From: Myxococcales bacterium
GTDB lineage: Bacteria > Myxococcota_A > Bradymonadia > UBA7976 > UBA1532
Assembly (NCBI GenBank): GCA_020633435.1
Contig: JACKDP010000007.1
Location: 195,531 to 259,530 of the forward strand
Direction of reading: 5' to 3'
Length of the DNA: 64,000 nt
Shown: one piece after another, positions 10,245-20,000 of the stretch
How the letters are laid out: every line of letters begins with the position of its first letter
How positions within the stretch are numbered: the first letter of the stretch is position 1
The notes under the pieces: model-generated
The model's database searches: none
The model's input: only the letters and a program-made list of their open reading frames with translations
Told to the model about the DNA's origin: nothing
Translations under genes and position numbers: made by a program

Positions 10245-10893
10245 CGACCTCCTCCAGGATGTCGCGGGCCAGGCGAACGATGCGGTTCTTCCACTGGTAC
10301 ACGTTGTTGGCGTTGGTCTCCTCGAGGGCCGCGATGGCCGGCACGTCCAGCTCCTGCACGAAGAGGTAGTCGTAGTAGGCGCGCCCCTTCTCGCTCAGGC
10401 GCTCCAGGATCATGGCCCGCAGGCGCTCGCGCTGCTCGGCCTGGACGAGCTCGGCGTCCACCCCCGGCCCCTCGTCCAGATCGAGGCGCTCCAGGCGGTC
10501 GCCGCCGTCAGGCGCGGGCTCGTCGAGGGACAGGCGGAAGCGCCCCCGCCGCGTGAGGATGCGGCGGAAGTGGCGCAGCGCGATGCGCTCGGCGATGCGG
10601 CACAGGTAGGTGCGCAGGCTCGACATGCCGGCCCACTGCCGCAGCACCTGGGCCTCGTGGGCGAAGAACGTCAGGAAGGCCTGCTGCACGGCGTCTTCGA
10701 CGTCGGCCTCGGCCACGCCGCCGGAGCGGGCGACGGACAGGAAGCCGATGGCCTGGCGCACGGGCCGGTGGTAGGTGAGCACGAGCCGCCGCTGGGCGGA
10801 CGCATCACCGCCCGCGCACGCCTCGATGAGGGCGTGGTCCTCGGCCCGCGGGGGCGTCGAGGGCAGGGCGCTGGCGTCGATGGGGTCGCTCAT
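10231..10893 (-). CDS. ECF-type RNA polymerase sigma factor (sigma-70 regions 2 and 4)
   Basis: Region 2 (AVQQAFLTFFAHEA...YLCRIAERIALRHFRR) and region 4 HTH (VPAIAALEETNANNVYQWKNRIVRLARDIL). Confidence 0.85.
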   Translation of the reverse strand: MSDPIDASALPSTPPRAEDHALIEACAGGDASAQRRLVLTYHRPVRQAIGFLSVARSGGVAEADVEDAVQQAFLTFFAHEAQVLRQWAGMSSLRTYLCRIAERIALRHFRRILTRRGRFRLSLDEPAPDGGDRLERLDLDEGPGVDAELVQAEQRERLRAMILERLSEKGRAYYDYLFVQELDVPAIAALEETNANNVYQWKNRIVRLARDILEEVGDGE

Positions 10894-10979
10894 GGTCGCC
10901 GCATCATACGCCCGCCCACGTGCGCGTCACAGGGGTCCAGTGCAGCCGGGAGCCGGCCTGCCATGCGCTCCGGGTTCAT

Positions 10980-11126
10980 GACGCACTGCGTCATGGGCGG
11001 GGGCGCCGGTTGTAGAGGGTTTCGATTCGTGGTTTCATATCGGGCTTGCCGGCATGAGCGCCGGGCCTGGTCACCGCACGCGAGGCCCGGTCCGGGCATG
11101 GTGGGCAGAGCCAGAGGAAGTCGCCG
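10980..11126 (+). promoter_or_regulatory. Divergent promoter region (ECF sigma <-> cdnL) with a local AT-rich island
   Basis: ttcgattcgtggtttcatatcgggcttgcc is unusually AT-rich for this genome. It lies ~70-100 nt upstream of the cdnL ATG. Confidence 0.3.
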
Positions 11127-11615
11127 ATGGTGGAGTTCACGGTTGGAGATGTGGCGGTCTATCAAGGGCAAGGGATCGGGCGCATCACGGGCGTGGGGAC
11201 CATGCGCGTCGCCGGCACCGAGCTGAAGGTCTACACGCTCCGCATGGACTCCGGCGCCATCGTCCGGATCCCCACCGACAAGGCCCAGAGCGTCGGGCTG
11301 CGCGAGGTCACTCCCCTCGCCGAGATCCCCGCCGTCTACGACATCCTCCGCCAGGAGGGGCAGCGCCCCAAGGACAAGACCTGGAACCGCCGCTACCGGG
11401 CCTACAGCGAGAAGCTGCGTACGGGCTCGGTGAAGGACATCGCCGAGGTCTTCCGCGACCTCGTCTTCCTGCGCGGCACCAAGGAGCTGAGCTTCGGCGA
11501 GCGGCAGATGCTGGAGCAGGCGCGCACCCTGCTGGTCAAGGAGCTCTCGCTGGCCACGGATCGCGCCGAGGGCGACGTGGAGCAGGAGCTCGAGACGCTC
11601 CTGGCGCACTGCTGA
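11127..11615 (+). CDS. cdnL: CarD_CdnL_TRCF-family RNA-polymerase-binding transcription factor
   Basis: MVEFTVGDVAVYQGQGIGRI...YTLRMDSGAIVRIPTDKAQSVGLREV and the C-terminal ...TLLAHC resemble Myxococcus CdnL/CarD. Confidence 0.9.
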   Translation: MVEFTVGDVAVYQGQGIGRITGVGTMRVAGTELKVYTLRMDSGAIVRIPTDKAQSVGLREVTPLAEIPAVYDILRQEGQRPKDKTWNRRYRAYSEKLRTGSVKDIAEVFRDLVFLRGTKELSFGERQMLEQARTLLVKELSLATDRAEGDVEQELETLLAHC

Positions 11616-11777
11616 TCCGGCCCCCGGGCCGGGGGGCGAAAAACTTCCCGCGGTGGCTGGTGTCTGTCCCCCGTGTCGCCGGCGACCCGGTGGACCGCGA
11701 GCGGTCTGGACTTCGGTCCACCGCTCGTCGAGACTGGCAGCCGTGACGGCACGCACGGAAGGACCGAACAGGCGAGC

Positions 11778-12629
11778 ATGGCCACCGAAAACCCCGAGCC
11801 CGCGTTCGATGAGCCCCTCGAGGACTGGGACGCGCCGCCGCCCCGTCGGCGCGGCTACACGATGCGCAACCCCGTGCTGCTGGTCCTCGTGCTGGCGGGC
11901 TCGGTGTTCATGGCCATCAAGTACTGGCCCCGGGTCGCCTACCTGATCGAGTCGCGCAACCCCGCGGATTGCGGGCGGATCTCCGATCGTCCCATCACCC
12001 GCATGGAGGACGAGGCGAAGCTGCCCCCCCTCGAGCACGACCGCTTCTGCACCCTCACCGGGGTGGTGCAGACGTTCACCATCCTGGCCACTGGCGAGGC
12101 CCGCGACACGCCCGATCCGCGCAAGCGCAACGAGGGCCGCAAGTACTACGTGAAGCTCGATGGCGACCGCGTCTTCGCGGTCATCGCGGCGGATCGGCCG
12201 GACGTGGTGAAGCACCGCGAGCGGCAGGGGAGCCTGCTGGGCTTCGACGTCGAGGGCGCCGGCCGGATGATCGATCCGGATCGCGAGCCGGGCTACGCCG
12301 CCACCGCGCGGACGCTGCGCCTGAAGTTCGGGGTGCCCGAGGGCGAGCCCATGCGCGTCTTCGACACCACCGACACCCCGGGCAGCCGGTGGCCGGCGGC
12401 GCTGGCCTTCGGCTTCCTGGTCATCACCGCGTCGCTGGCCCTGCTGGGGCTCATCCGCCTGGTGCGGCTGCGGCTCGCCGGCGATGACGAGCCCGACGGC
12501 AGCCTGGAGGCCCTGGCCCGGGAGCTCGCCGACGATCCGCCGCCGGCCGCCCCGGCGCCGGACGCCGCGGGCACGCCCGCCCCGGACGAGGCCCCCGACG
12601 AGAAGCCCGCCGATCCGCCCACGGCCTGA
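11778..12629 (+). CDS. Hypothetical membrane protein (2 TM helices, Pro/Ala-rich tail)
   Basis: Start taken at MATENPEP. TM helices VLLVLVLAGSVFMAIKYW and AALAFGFLVITASLALLGLI. Coding-type GC3. Confidence 0.55.
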   Translation: MATENPEPAFDEPLEDWDAPPPRRRGYTMRNPVLLVLVLAGSVFMAIKYWPRVAYLIESRNPADCGRISDRPITRMEDEAKLPPLEHDRFCTLTGVVQTFTILATGEARDTPDPRKRNEGRKYYVKLDGDRVFAVIAADRPDVVKHRERQGSLLGFDVEGAGRMIDPDREPGYAATARTLRLKFGVPEGEPMRVFDTTDTPGSRWPAALAFGFLVITASLALLGLIRLVRLRLAGDDEPDGSLEALARELADDPPPAAPAPDAAGTPAPDEAPDEKPADPPTA

Positions 12630-12734
12630 TGGGCCGGGGCCCGGCGCGCGCCCGGCCACCCGCCGCGCGCTGGACTGGCCCAGCCCAGCCATCCATCTGC
12701 TACACTCGCCGACGGACCGACCCCCGAGGGTGTC

Positions 12735-14555
12735 ATGCGTAGCTTCATCGTCTTCTTGAGCTGTCTCTCGCTCGCTGCCTCGGGCTGTGACGACACGACC
12801 GCGACCCCCGACACCCACCAGATCCTCGTCGAGGTCGATCCCGACCGCGCCGTCGCGCCGCCCATGTACGACGACGATGGCAACCCCGTGCCCCCCGACT
12901 CCCAGACCTACGGCCGCATCCTCGTCATCTCGGGCGAGCCGGACCGCCGCGTCCACATGGGCGGGCAGACCGAGCTGGGCGTCATCCTGCTCGACAGCCA
13001 GGGCGATCCCGTCGCCGGCGGGCGCATCGAGTACCTCATCGTGGACGAGGGGGCCGACGCGACGCTGAGCGCGCGGCGCACGACCACCGATGACAACGGC
13101 TACGCCAAGGTCGACTTCGTGGCCGGCGAGCGGCTGGGCCACTACACGGTCGAGGTCTTCAACCCCGAGACGCGGCGGCTGAAGTTCGAGATCGACGTGG
13201 TGGACATGCCCGTCGGCGGCGTCGAGGTGGCCTTCGACTACGAGGGGCCCGTGCCGCTGGGTCGGCTCGAGGTCTACGTCATCGACGATCCGAACTACTG
13301 CGAGGACCCCTACTACCTGGTGCCCCCCGAGGGCGTCGTGCACAGCGCCGTGGTGGAGAACGTGCTCGACACGGTGGTGGTGGACCGCCTGCTCGCCGGC
13401 TCGCGCCTGTCGGTGGTGGTGCGGGGCCGCGTGGCCAGCAACGGCGTCCTGGCGGCCGGCGGCTGCGCGGGCGATGTGCGCGTGCCCGACGGCGACCTGC
13501 TCTCGGTGCGGGTGCCCGTCTTCCTGCTGCCCCTGAACCCGGCCGGCAGCTACACCGTTGAAAACACGTTTGATTTCACGGACGCCATCCCCGGCACCCT
13601 GGGCGACGTCATCCGCGGGCTGGTGCAGTTCTTCGGCACCCGCAACCAGGAGCGCGAGATCGCCGGGCTGCTCTTCGACGTGGTCGAGGGCCTCGCCCGC
13701 GACTTCGCCGGCGCCCTCGGCGGTATCGCGGTGGAGCTGCTGCGCGGCTGGCTGGAAGACGATCTCAACGGGATCATCAACTCGTGGATCGACAACGACG
13801 CGCCCGACTGGGTGCGCGACTTCTTCACCATCGGGGAGGACGTGGTGGGCATCGTGGCCGAGATGGAGGTCATCTCGCGGATGCGCATCTCGAAGCCCCG
13901 CCAGGACGGCACCTTCGACGGCAGCCAGAACTGGATCGGGCTGGCCTTCTACTGGCGCCTCCCGTGCGAGGGCAACCCCGACCCCCAGTGCGGGCGGCAC
14001 GCCTTCACCATGGACGAGGTGGCGTCGGCGGCGGAGGGCATCGAGCTGGTCTTCGGCCAGTTCACGGGCCGCATCCACACCTACAACCACGGGATCTTCG
14101 ACAGCCACACGATGGACCTGCAGTACGGGCGGCTCATCCTGTTCGTGCTCAACAACATCGTGCTGCCGTTCATCGCGGACGGCGCGCGCACCATCCGCGA
14201 GGCGCTCCTGAACCTGGCCAACTGCCCGTCCTTCGCCAACCGGGCCACGGGCGGCCGGGATCACCTGCGCATCGCGGGCATCGACGTCGTGAGCCGGGAC
14301 ACCATCGAGCGGTGGTGCATCTCGGGCATGACCATCATCGGGGACGCCGCCTCGGCCATCCTCGGGCGCCTGCGGGTCGACACCCGCCTGACCCTGCAGG
14401 GGGAGCTCATCTTCCTGGAGGAGACGGATGACCTGGCCGTCGACGCCATGCAGGACGGCGTCTGGCGCGGCGTCATCCGCACCGCCGACGACGAGGGCCC
14501 GCCCTTCGACGGCACCTTCCACGGCACCATCGATCGCGAGATGGAGGGCATGTAG
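12735..14555 (+). CDS. Secreted lipoprotein (606 aa), Ig-like/beta-rich
   Basis: Lipobox MRSFIVFLSCLSLAASGC. Long coding-type frame. The long antisense ORF over it (10890..14522) is spurious. Confidence 0.7.
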   Translation: MRSFIVFLSCLSLAASGCDDTTATPDTHQILVEVDPDRAVAPPMYDDDGNPVPPDSQTYGRILVISGEPDRRVHMGGQTELGVILLDSQGDPVAGGRIEYLIVDEGADATLSARRTTTDDNGYAKVDFVAGERLGHYTVEVFNPETRRLKFEIDVVDMPVGGVEVAFDYEGPVPLGRLEVYVIDDPNYCEDPYYLVPPEGVVHSAVVENVLDTVVVDRLLAGSRLSVVVRGRVASNGVLAAGGCAGDVRVPDGDLLSVRVPVFLLPLNPAGSYTVENTFDFTDAIPGTLGDVIRGLVQFFGTRNQEREIAGLLFDVVEGLARDFAGALGGIAVELLRGWLEDDLNGIINSWIDNDAPDWVRDFFTIGEDVVGIVAEMEVISRMRISKPRQDGTFDGSQNWIGLAFYWRLPCEGNPDPQCGRHAFTMDEVASAAEGIELVFGQFTGRIHTYNHGIFDSHTMDLQYGRLILFVLNNIVLPFIADGARTIREALLNLANCPSFANRATGGRDHLRIAGIDVVSRDTIERWCISGMTIIGDAASAILGRLRVDTRLTLQGELIFLEETDDLAVDAMQDGVWRGVIRTADDEGPPFDGTFHGTIDREMEGM

Positions 14556-14595
14556 CCCTCGTCAGCCCTCGTCAGCCCTCGTCAGCCCTCGTCAG
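14556..14595. repeat. 4 x 10-bp perfect tandem repeat (CCCTCGTCAG)4
   Basis: Read directly after the TAG of the 12735 gene. On the minus strand each unit carries a TGA, so the array gives stops in all three frames. The 14592 gene terminates in the first unit. Confidence 0.9.
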
Positions 14596-16610
14596 CGCAC
14601 GTCCACCCGGCCGATCTGGACGGGGCCGAAGGCCGGCCGGCCGTCGGGGGCGAGCAGGCTCACTTCCACCACATGCGGGCCGCGGGCGTTGCCGAAGTGC
14701 AGCACGCGGGTGACCTCGATGCGCTCGCCGGCGGGCCAGCTCGGGGTGGGGTAGGCGTCCAGCACGGGGCGCACGATCCAGCGTCGGGTGAGGGGGCCGC
14801 CGGGGGGGCGGACGGTGAAGACCACGCGGTAGTCGGGGCGGGTGGCGTCGCTGGCTCGCAGCCAGGCGCGGGCGCGGAACCAGTCCTGGCCGCCGAAGCG
14901 GTGGGCGTCGACCTGGCCGCCGAGCCAGACGAGGCCGGGGGCGGCGGGGACGGGGTTGCCCCGCGGCGGGGCGCTGGCGCGGCGATGGGCCAGCAGGCGG
15001 GCCAGCTCGCGCTGGTCCTGGCGGTCGAGCTCGGCGCGGAGGGCGTCGCCGAGGGCGGCGAGGGCGGGGGGCGGAGCGAGGGCGAGGTCGTGGCGCTCCT
15101 CGGGGTCGGCGGCCAGGTCGAAGAGCCGCAACCGCCCGTCTCGTGGGGAGAAAATGGCCTTGAGCGCGCCGTCCACGAGGGCCGCCTGGCGATCGCGGGG
15201 GCGCTCGACCTGGGCCGGGTTCTCGATGAAGACCGGCCGCGGCGGCGCAGGCTGGCCCACCAGCGCGCCGGCCTGGCTCTGGCCGCCGCCGGCGGGGCCG
15301 GGCGGGAGGTCGAGGAGGTCGGCGAGCGTCTCGGGCAGGTCGATCAGGCTGACGGGGTGGGGCACGCGGACGCTGCCGGCGGCTCCGGGGACGGCGATGA
15401 GCCAGGGCACGCGGACGCTCTCCTCGAAGAGCTGCTTGCCGTGGAAGCGGGCGCCGTGCTCCTCGAGCTCCTCCCCGTGGTCGGCGGTGACGACGACGAG
15501 GGTGTCGGCGGCCTGGCGGCTGGCGTTCAGGGCGGCGACGAGCCGGCCGAGGGCGGCGTCGCTGGCCCGCACTTCGTCGTCGTAGCGGTCGCGCGTGTCG
15601 GCGCCGAAGCTGTCGGTCGGGGCGGCGAGGTAGGGCTCGTGGGGGTCGACGAGGTGGACCCAGAGGGCCCAGGGGCGGTCGCGGGGGGCGCCCTCGATGG
15701 CCTCGGCGGCGGTCACGGCGAGGAAGGCGTCGCTGCGGGCGTCGAGCCGGGCCTGCGGGTAGGCGCGGTAGGCGTCGAAGCCGGCTTGCAGGCCGAACCA
15801 CATGCCCTGGGCGAGCGCCTCGGGCAGGTGGGCCTCGGTGTGCCAGCCGGCGCCGCGGAGGCGCTCGAAGAGCATCGCGCCCGTCGAGGGGAAGTGGAAG
15901 AGGTTGCCCCAGCGCTCCAGGTCCTGGTCGGCGAGGGGGCGGCCACCGAAGAGGGCGGGCAGGGCGAAGCGGGTCGAGCCGGCCGGGGTGTAGGCCCGGT
16001 CGAAGACGAGGCCCCGCCGGGCGAGCGACTTCAGGTGGGGGGTGGTGTCGCGGGCGTAGCCGTACAGGCTGGTGTGGTCGGGGCGGAGGGTGTCGACGGT
16101 GACGAGCAGCAGGTTCCGCCGCCGCCGCAGGGTCGGGGGCAGGTCGGCGTGGGCCGCCAGCCCGGCGGGGGGCGGCGGGGCAGGAGCGGCGTCGCCCCCG
16201 CGGCAGTCCTGGTCGACGCCATCGCCCGGGAGGTCCATGGCCAGCGGGTGCCGGGCGGGGTCGGCGTCGTCGCAGTCGCCCCCGCCGAGGGCGGGGCTGA
16301 AGCCGTCGCCGTCGGCGTCCAGGGCCAGGCGGGCGCCGCGGAGCAGGTGCTGCGCCAGGGGGGCGGCGTCCTCCAGCGCGAAGCGGGTGGGGGCCTCCAG
16401 CCGCCCCGGGGCGGTGAGCGCGAGCGCCAGGGACGCCAGGCCGACGACCCCCAGCCCGACGCCTGACCAGCGCCCCCGTCGAAGGGGCAGGCTGGCGAGA
16501 ATCCCAAGCAATAACAGGCTGATGGGCCAGTGGATGCCCACCGGCAGATCCGTCGCGAGGGGCGCCAGGCTGGTCGCCAGGCCCACGGCCGCGATGGCCA
16601 GGGCGGCCAC
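14592..16610 (-). CDS. Membrane-anchored sulfatase / alkaline-phosphatase-superfamily protein (LtaS/EptA/arylsulfatase-like)
   Basis: TM helices, then a MopE-like DADGDGFSP..GDCDD linker, then a sulfatase-family core (LLLVTVDTLRPDHTSLYGYARDTTPHL...VVVTADHGEEL). Confidence 0.8.
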   Translation of the reverse strand: MAALAIAAVGLATSLAPLATDLPVGIHWPISLLLLGILASLPLRRGRWSGVGLGVVGLASLALALTAPGRLEAPTRFALEDAAPLAQHLLRGARLALDADGDGFSPALGGGDCDDADPARHPLAMDLPGDGVDQDCRGGDAAPAPPPPAGLAAHADLPPTLRRRRNLLLVTVDTLRPDHTSLYGYARDTTPHLKSLARRGLVFDRAYTPAGSTRFALPALFGGRPLADQDLERWGNLFHFPSTGAMLFERLRGAGWHTEAHLPEALAQGMWFGLQAGFDAYRAYPQARLDARSDAFLAVTAAEAIEGAPRDRPWALWVHLVDPHEPYLAAPTDSFGADTRDRYDDEVRASDAALGRLVAALNASRQAADTLVVVTADHGEELEEHGARFHGKQLFEESVRVPWLIAVPGAAGSVRVPHPVSLIDLPETLADLLDLPPGPAGGGQSQAGALVGQPAPPRPVFIENPAQVERPRDRQAALVDGALKAIFSPRDGRLRLFDLAADPEERHDLALAPPPALAALGDALRAELDRQDQRELARLLAHRRASAPPRGNPVPAAPGLVWLGGQVDAHRFGGQDWFRARAWLRASDATRPDYRVVFTVRPPGGPLTRRWIVRPVLDAYPTPSWPAGERIEVTRVLHFGNARGPHVVEVSLLAPDGRPAFGPVQIGRVDVR

Positions 16611-17092
16611 GCCGCCGACGATCAGCGCCGCCCGCGGGGGCAGGCGGTCGAGGCCTGCCCCTGACGAGCCGGGCCAGGGGCCGCGCGAGGGCGCCCGCGC
16701 CCAGGGCCCCGGCCGCCGCGCCGGCCAGCGCCAGCAGGGCGAGGAGCGCCGCCGCGTTCACGGTGAGGCCCGGCGAGGGCGCCGACCGCGTCGCCCACCA
16801 GGAGGGCCGCCGCGAGCACGGCCGCCGCGGCGATCCAGGCGGCGCCGGCCCGGGCGGGGTGGGCGCGCCAGGGGCCGAACGCCCCCAGGCGGTCGAGCCC
16901 GGCGAGCAGCAGGAGGCCGATCCAGAGCGCCGGGGCGAGCCAGAGCGCGAGGCCGGCCGCCGTCAGCGCCGTGGCGAGGGGCGCGGGTCCGCCCGCTACC
17001 AGCCCGTCCGCCAGCCCGGCGGCGAGGGCGCCGAGCAGGGCCGTGAGCAGCGTGTGGCCGAGCAGCCGCCAGGTGGGGGGGAGCGCCGCCAA
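16611..17092 (-). other. Upstream multi-TM region of the sulfatase-family gene, split over two further reading frames (apparent frameshifts or indels)
   Basis: Frame A (17092..~16762) encodes ~3 TM helices (LLGHTLLTALLGALAAGLA...WIGLLLLAGLD...AAWIAAAAVLAAALLVG). Frame B encodes LTVNAAALLALLALAGAAAG. Frame C then continues as the 14592..16610 ORF. Together they match the 5-TM N-terminus typical of LtaS/EptA-like enzymes. Confidence 0.35.
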
Positions 17093-17095
17093 GGC

Positions 17096-20000
17096 CTACT
17101 GGGCCTGCCACTCCAGGCTGAGGAGGTAGGCGCCGGCGCGGTCGGCGTCGAAGCTGTCGACGATGATGAAGACGTCGCGGCCGCCCTGCATGTCCGCCTC
17201 GGCGCGGGCAGCGCGCAGGGGCGAGGCGGCGGTGCCGTCGTCCTCGTTGCAGGCGAGCTCGGAGTTCTCGGCCGCGCAGCCCGTGCGGATGGAGACGGAC
17301 GGGTCGTTGGCGTCGGCGCCGTCGGCGTCCACGCGGGCGATCAGGCGCCCGGCCCCGGCGGGCGGCCGGATGACGTAGACGCGGTCCGGGCCCAGGCCGC
17401 CCGCGCACTGCAGCGGGTGGTGGTCGTCCTCGGCCCCCAGGGTGCTGCCCCGCACGGAGGCGCGGCCGCCGACGAGGGGCAGGCGGGTGGGGGAGGCGCA
17501 GCCGGTGTCGGGCTGGAAGCCGGCCGGCAGGCGGCGCGAGGTCATCACGTAGGGCAGGCTGTAGCTGTAGGCCCCGCCGGGGTTCGACGGGCGCACCACC
17601 CGCACGCCGTAGATGTTGTCGTCCTGGGCGATCACGTCCTGGGTGAAGACGGCGTCGTTGATGAGCAGGGCGTCGCCGAAGAGGTCGAGGGAGCCGGTGG
17701 CCGGGTTGAACCGGTAGGCGGCGAAGACCATCTGCTCGACGGGGCCCGGCTGGCGGACCTCGACGCGCAGGCGCTCGCCGGCCTTGAGGGCCACCTGGAT
17801 GGAGTCGAAGTCGGTGAAGCCGTCGGGATCGTCGCCGCCGCAGGCCCGCTTCTCCAGCGAGAAGGACTTGCCCATGGGCAGGGTCTCGACGGGGTCGCGG
17901 AAGATGTCGATGGCCACCTCGGCGTCCGCGTCGGGGCCGAGGGCGGCCGCGGGGCGGCTCAGGTCGAAGATCTCGTCCTGCTCGTGCACGTCGGGCACGC
18001 ACTGGGTGGCCTGGGCGCGGTCGACGCGGGTCGTGAGGGTGTAGGCGCTCTGGTCGAAGGCGCCAGCGCCGCGCACCCGCAGGTACCACGGCACGCCGAA
18101 GCACAGGGCGGGGGCGTTGGAGCAGAAGACGCCGGTGCGGGTGCCATCGGCCAGGTGGCAGAAGCGCGTCTGCAGGTTGCAGCTCAGGGCGGGCGGCGTG
18201 AAGACGAGCTGGCCGCCGAGGCCGGCCGGGATGGAGGCCTGCACGCGCGCCGAGGGCATGCGCGGGTGGTCGGGGCCGATGAGGTCGACCTCGAGGCCCT
18301 GGGCGATGGCCGGGTCGTCCACGTCCAGGTTCACCGTCAGGCGGTCGCCGTTGGAGAGGAAGACGGCGTACCAGTCGGTGTCCTGGGCGCAGATGGCGCC
18401 GTTGATGACCTGCTGGGCCACGGGCGACGGGTCGGTGCCGATCTCGGTGAACTCCCAGGGCTCGTCCCGCGGCTCGGCGGCGGGATCGGCGCAGGCCGGG
18501 AAGTCGAGGGTGGCCACGAGGGCGTACGTGGCGGCGTCGACGATGCCACTGCCGCGAATTCCAAGGAGAATCGGCTGGCCGGCCAGGTCGCGGGCGGTGG
18601 CGGCGTCGTCCACGGCGAGGCGCAGGACGGGGCCGTCGGGGCCGTCCTCGACGGTGGCCTCGGCCAGGGGGGCGCCGAAGGCGTCGAGGAGCTGGGCGTC
18701 GAGCACGAGGCCCGGCGCGTCGCCGGTGGCGGCGAGGGTGATGGCGAACGGGTAGCCCTGGCCGATGAACGTCATCCAGTCCTCGGCGGAGGTGCCGCAG
18801 AGGGTGCCGGTGCGCTCGATGCGCGGGTGGCGGCGGCCCAGCTCCAGGACGCCCGCCTCGTCGGGGCCGTCGTCGGGCTCGGCCTCGTCGTCGCGGCAGT
18901 AGACGGCGCAGGTGTTGTCGGGCTGGCAGTAGAGGCCCGCGGGGCAGGCGCCGGGGAAGCGGCAGCCGATGCGGCAGGCGCGCTGGTCGCAGACGCAGCG
19001 GCCGCCAGCGCAGCCCGGGGCGTTGGCGCAGTCGCGGTCGACGACGCAGGCCTGGCCGGCCCCACCGCAGTCGCCGCCGAGCACGCGGCCGGCGGCGTCG
19101 CGCACGGCGTCGGCCCGGCAGGTCAGGCGGGCGCCGCAGTCGGCCTCGTCGGCGCAGAGGCCGCCGCAGAAGCCGCCGTTGCAGCGGCCCGACGCGCAGT
19201 CCGCGCCCTGGTCACAGGGCTGGCCGACGGTGAAGAAGCCCTGGCCCCGGCCGCAGAAGCGCTCCACGTCGCCGCCCGGCAGGGCGAAGGCGCGGCAGGT
19301 CTCGGTGCCGGGGCAGTCGACGTCGGCGGTGCAGGCCGCGCCCGAGCCCACTTCGGGCGGGACGGGCAGGCAGAAGCCCTGCTCCAGCGCGGGCTGGCCG
19401 GCGGCGGCGTCGAGGAGGGGCCGCGTCACGCACACGGCGTCGCCGGCGCAGTCGGCCGGGGCGGCGCAGGGGGCGGCGCAGCGCAGGGCGTCGGCCAGAT
19501 CGGCCACGCAGCCGCCGCCGTGCACGCAGTCGAAGGCGTCGTCGCAGGTGGCGCCCAGGGCCGCGCCGTCGGCGCTCGGCCGCTCGCAGCGCCCCTCCGC
19601 CTCCACGACGCCGCCGGGGGTGGCCAGGGCGCCGGCGAGCCAGACGCCGCAGACCTCGGCGCCGGCGCAGACGCCGTCGCACGGGCCGCCGGAGCCGGCG
19701 AAGGGCACGCAGACGGCCGCCGAGCGGCCGCCCTGGGTGAGGGCGCCGGGCACGTCGACGGCCACGCCGCGGCAGGCCTCGCCCGCGCCGCAGGGGGCGT
19801 CGTCCCCGCAGAGGTGGGTGCAGCGGGGGCCAGCGGCGGTGGTGGCCAGGCAGAGGCCGCCGCGGCAGTCGCCGTCGTCGGCGCAGGCCTCGCCCTCCCC
19901 GCGGTCGCCGGGGCCGGGCGGGCCGCAGCGGGGCTGCAGGGACGTGCCGAGCTGGGGGCCGGCCGACACGGGGGCCGCGCGGCACACCAGGCCCGCGGCG

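Noticed and set aside
10890-14522. 1210-aa minus-strand ORF covering cdnL and two downstream genes
   Set aside because: The translation is Arg/Gly/Pro/His-rich junk with no motifs. The opposite strand carries clearly real genes (the CdnL signature, lipoprotein signal peptides). It is a typical antisense ORF of a high-GC genome.
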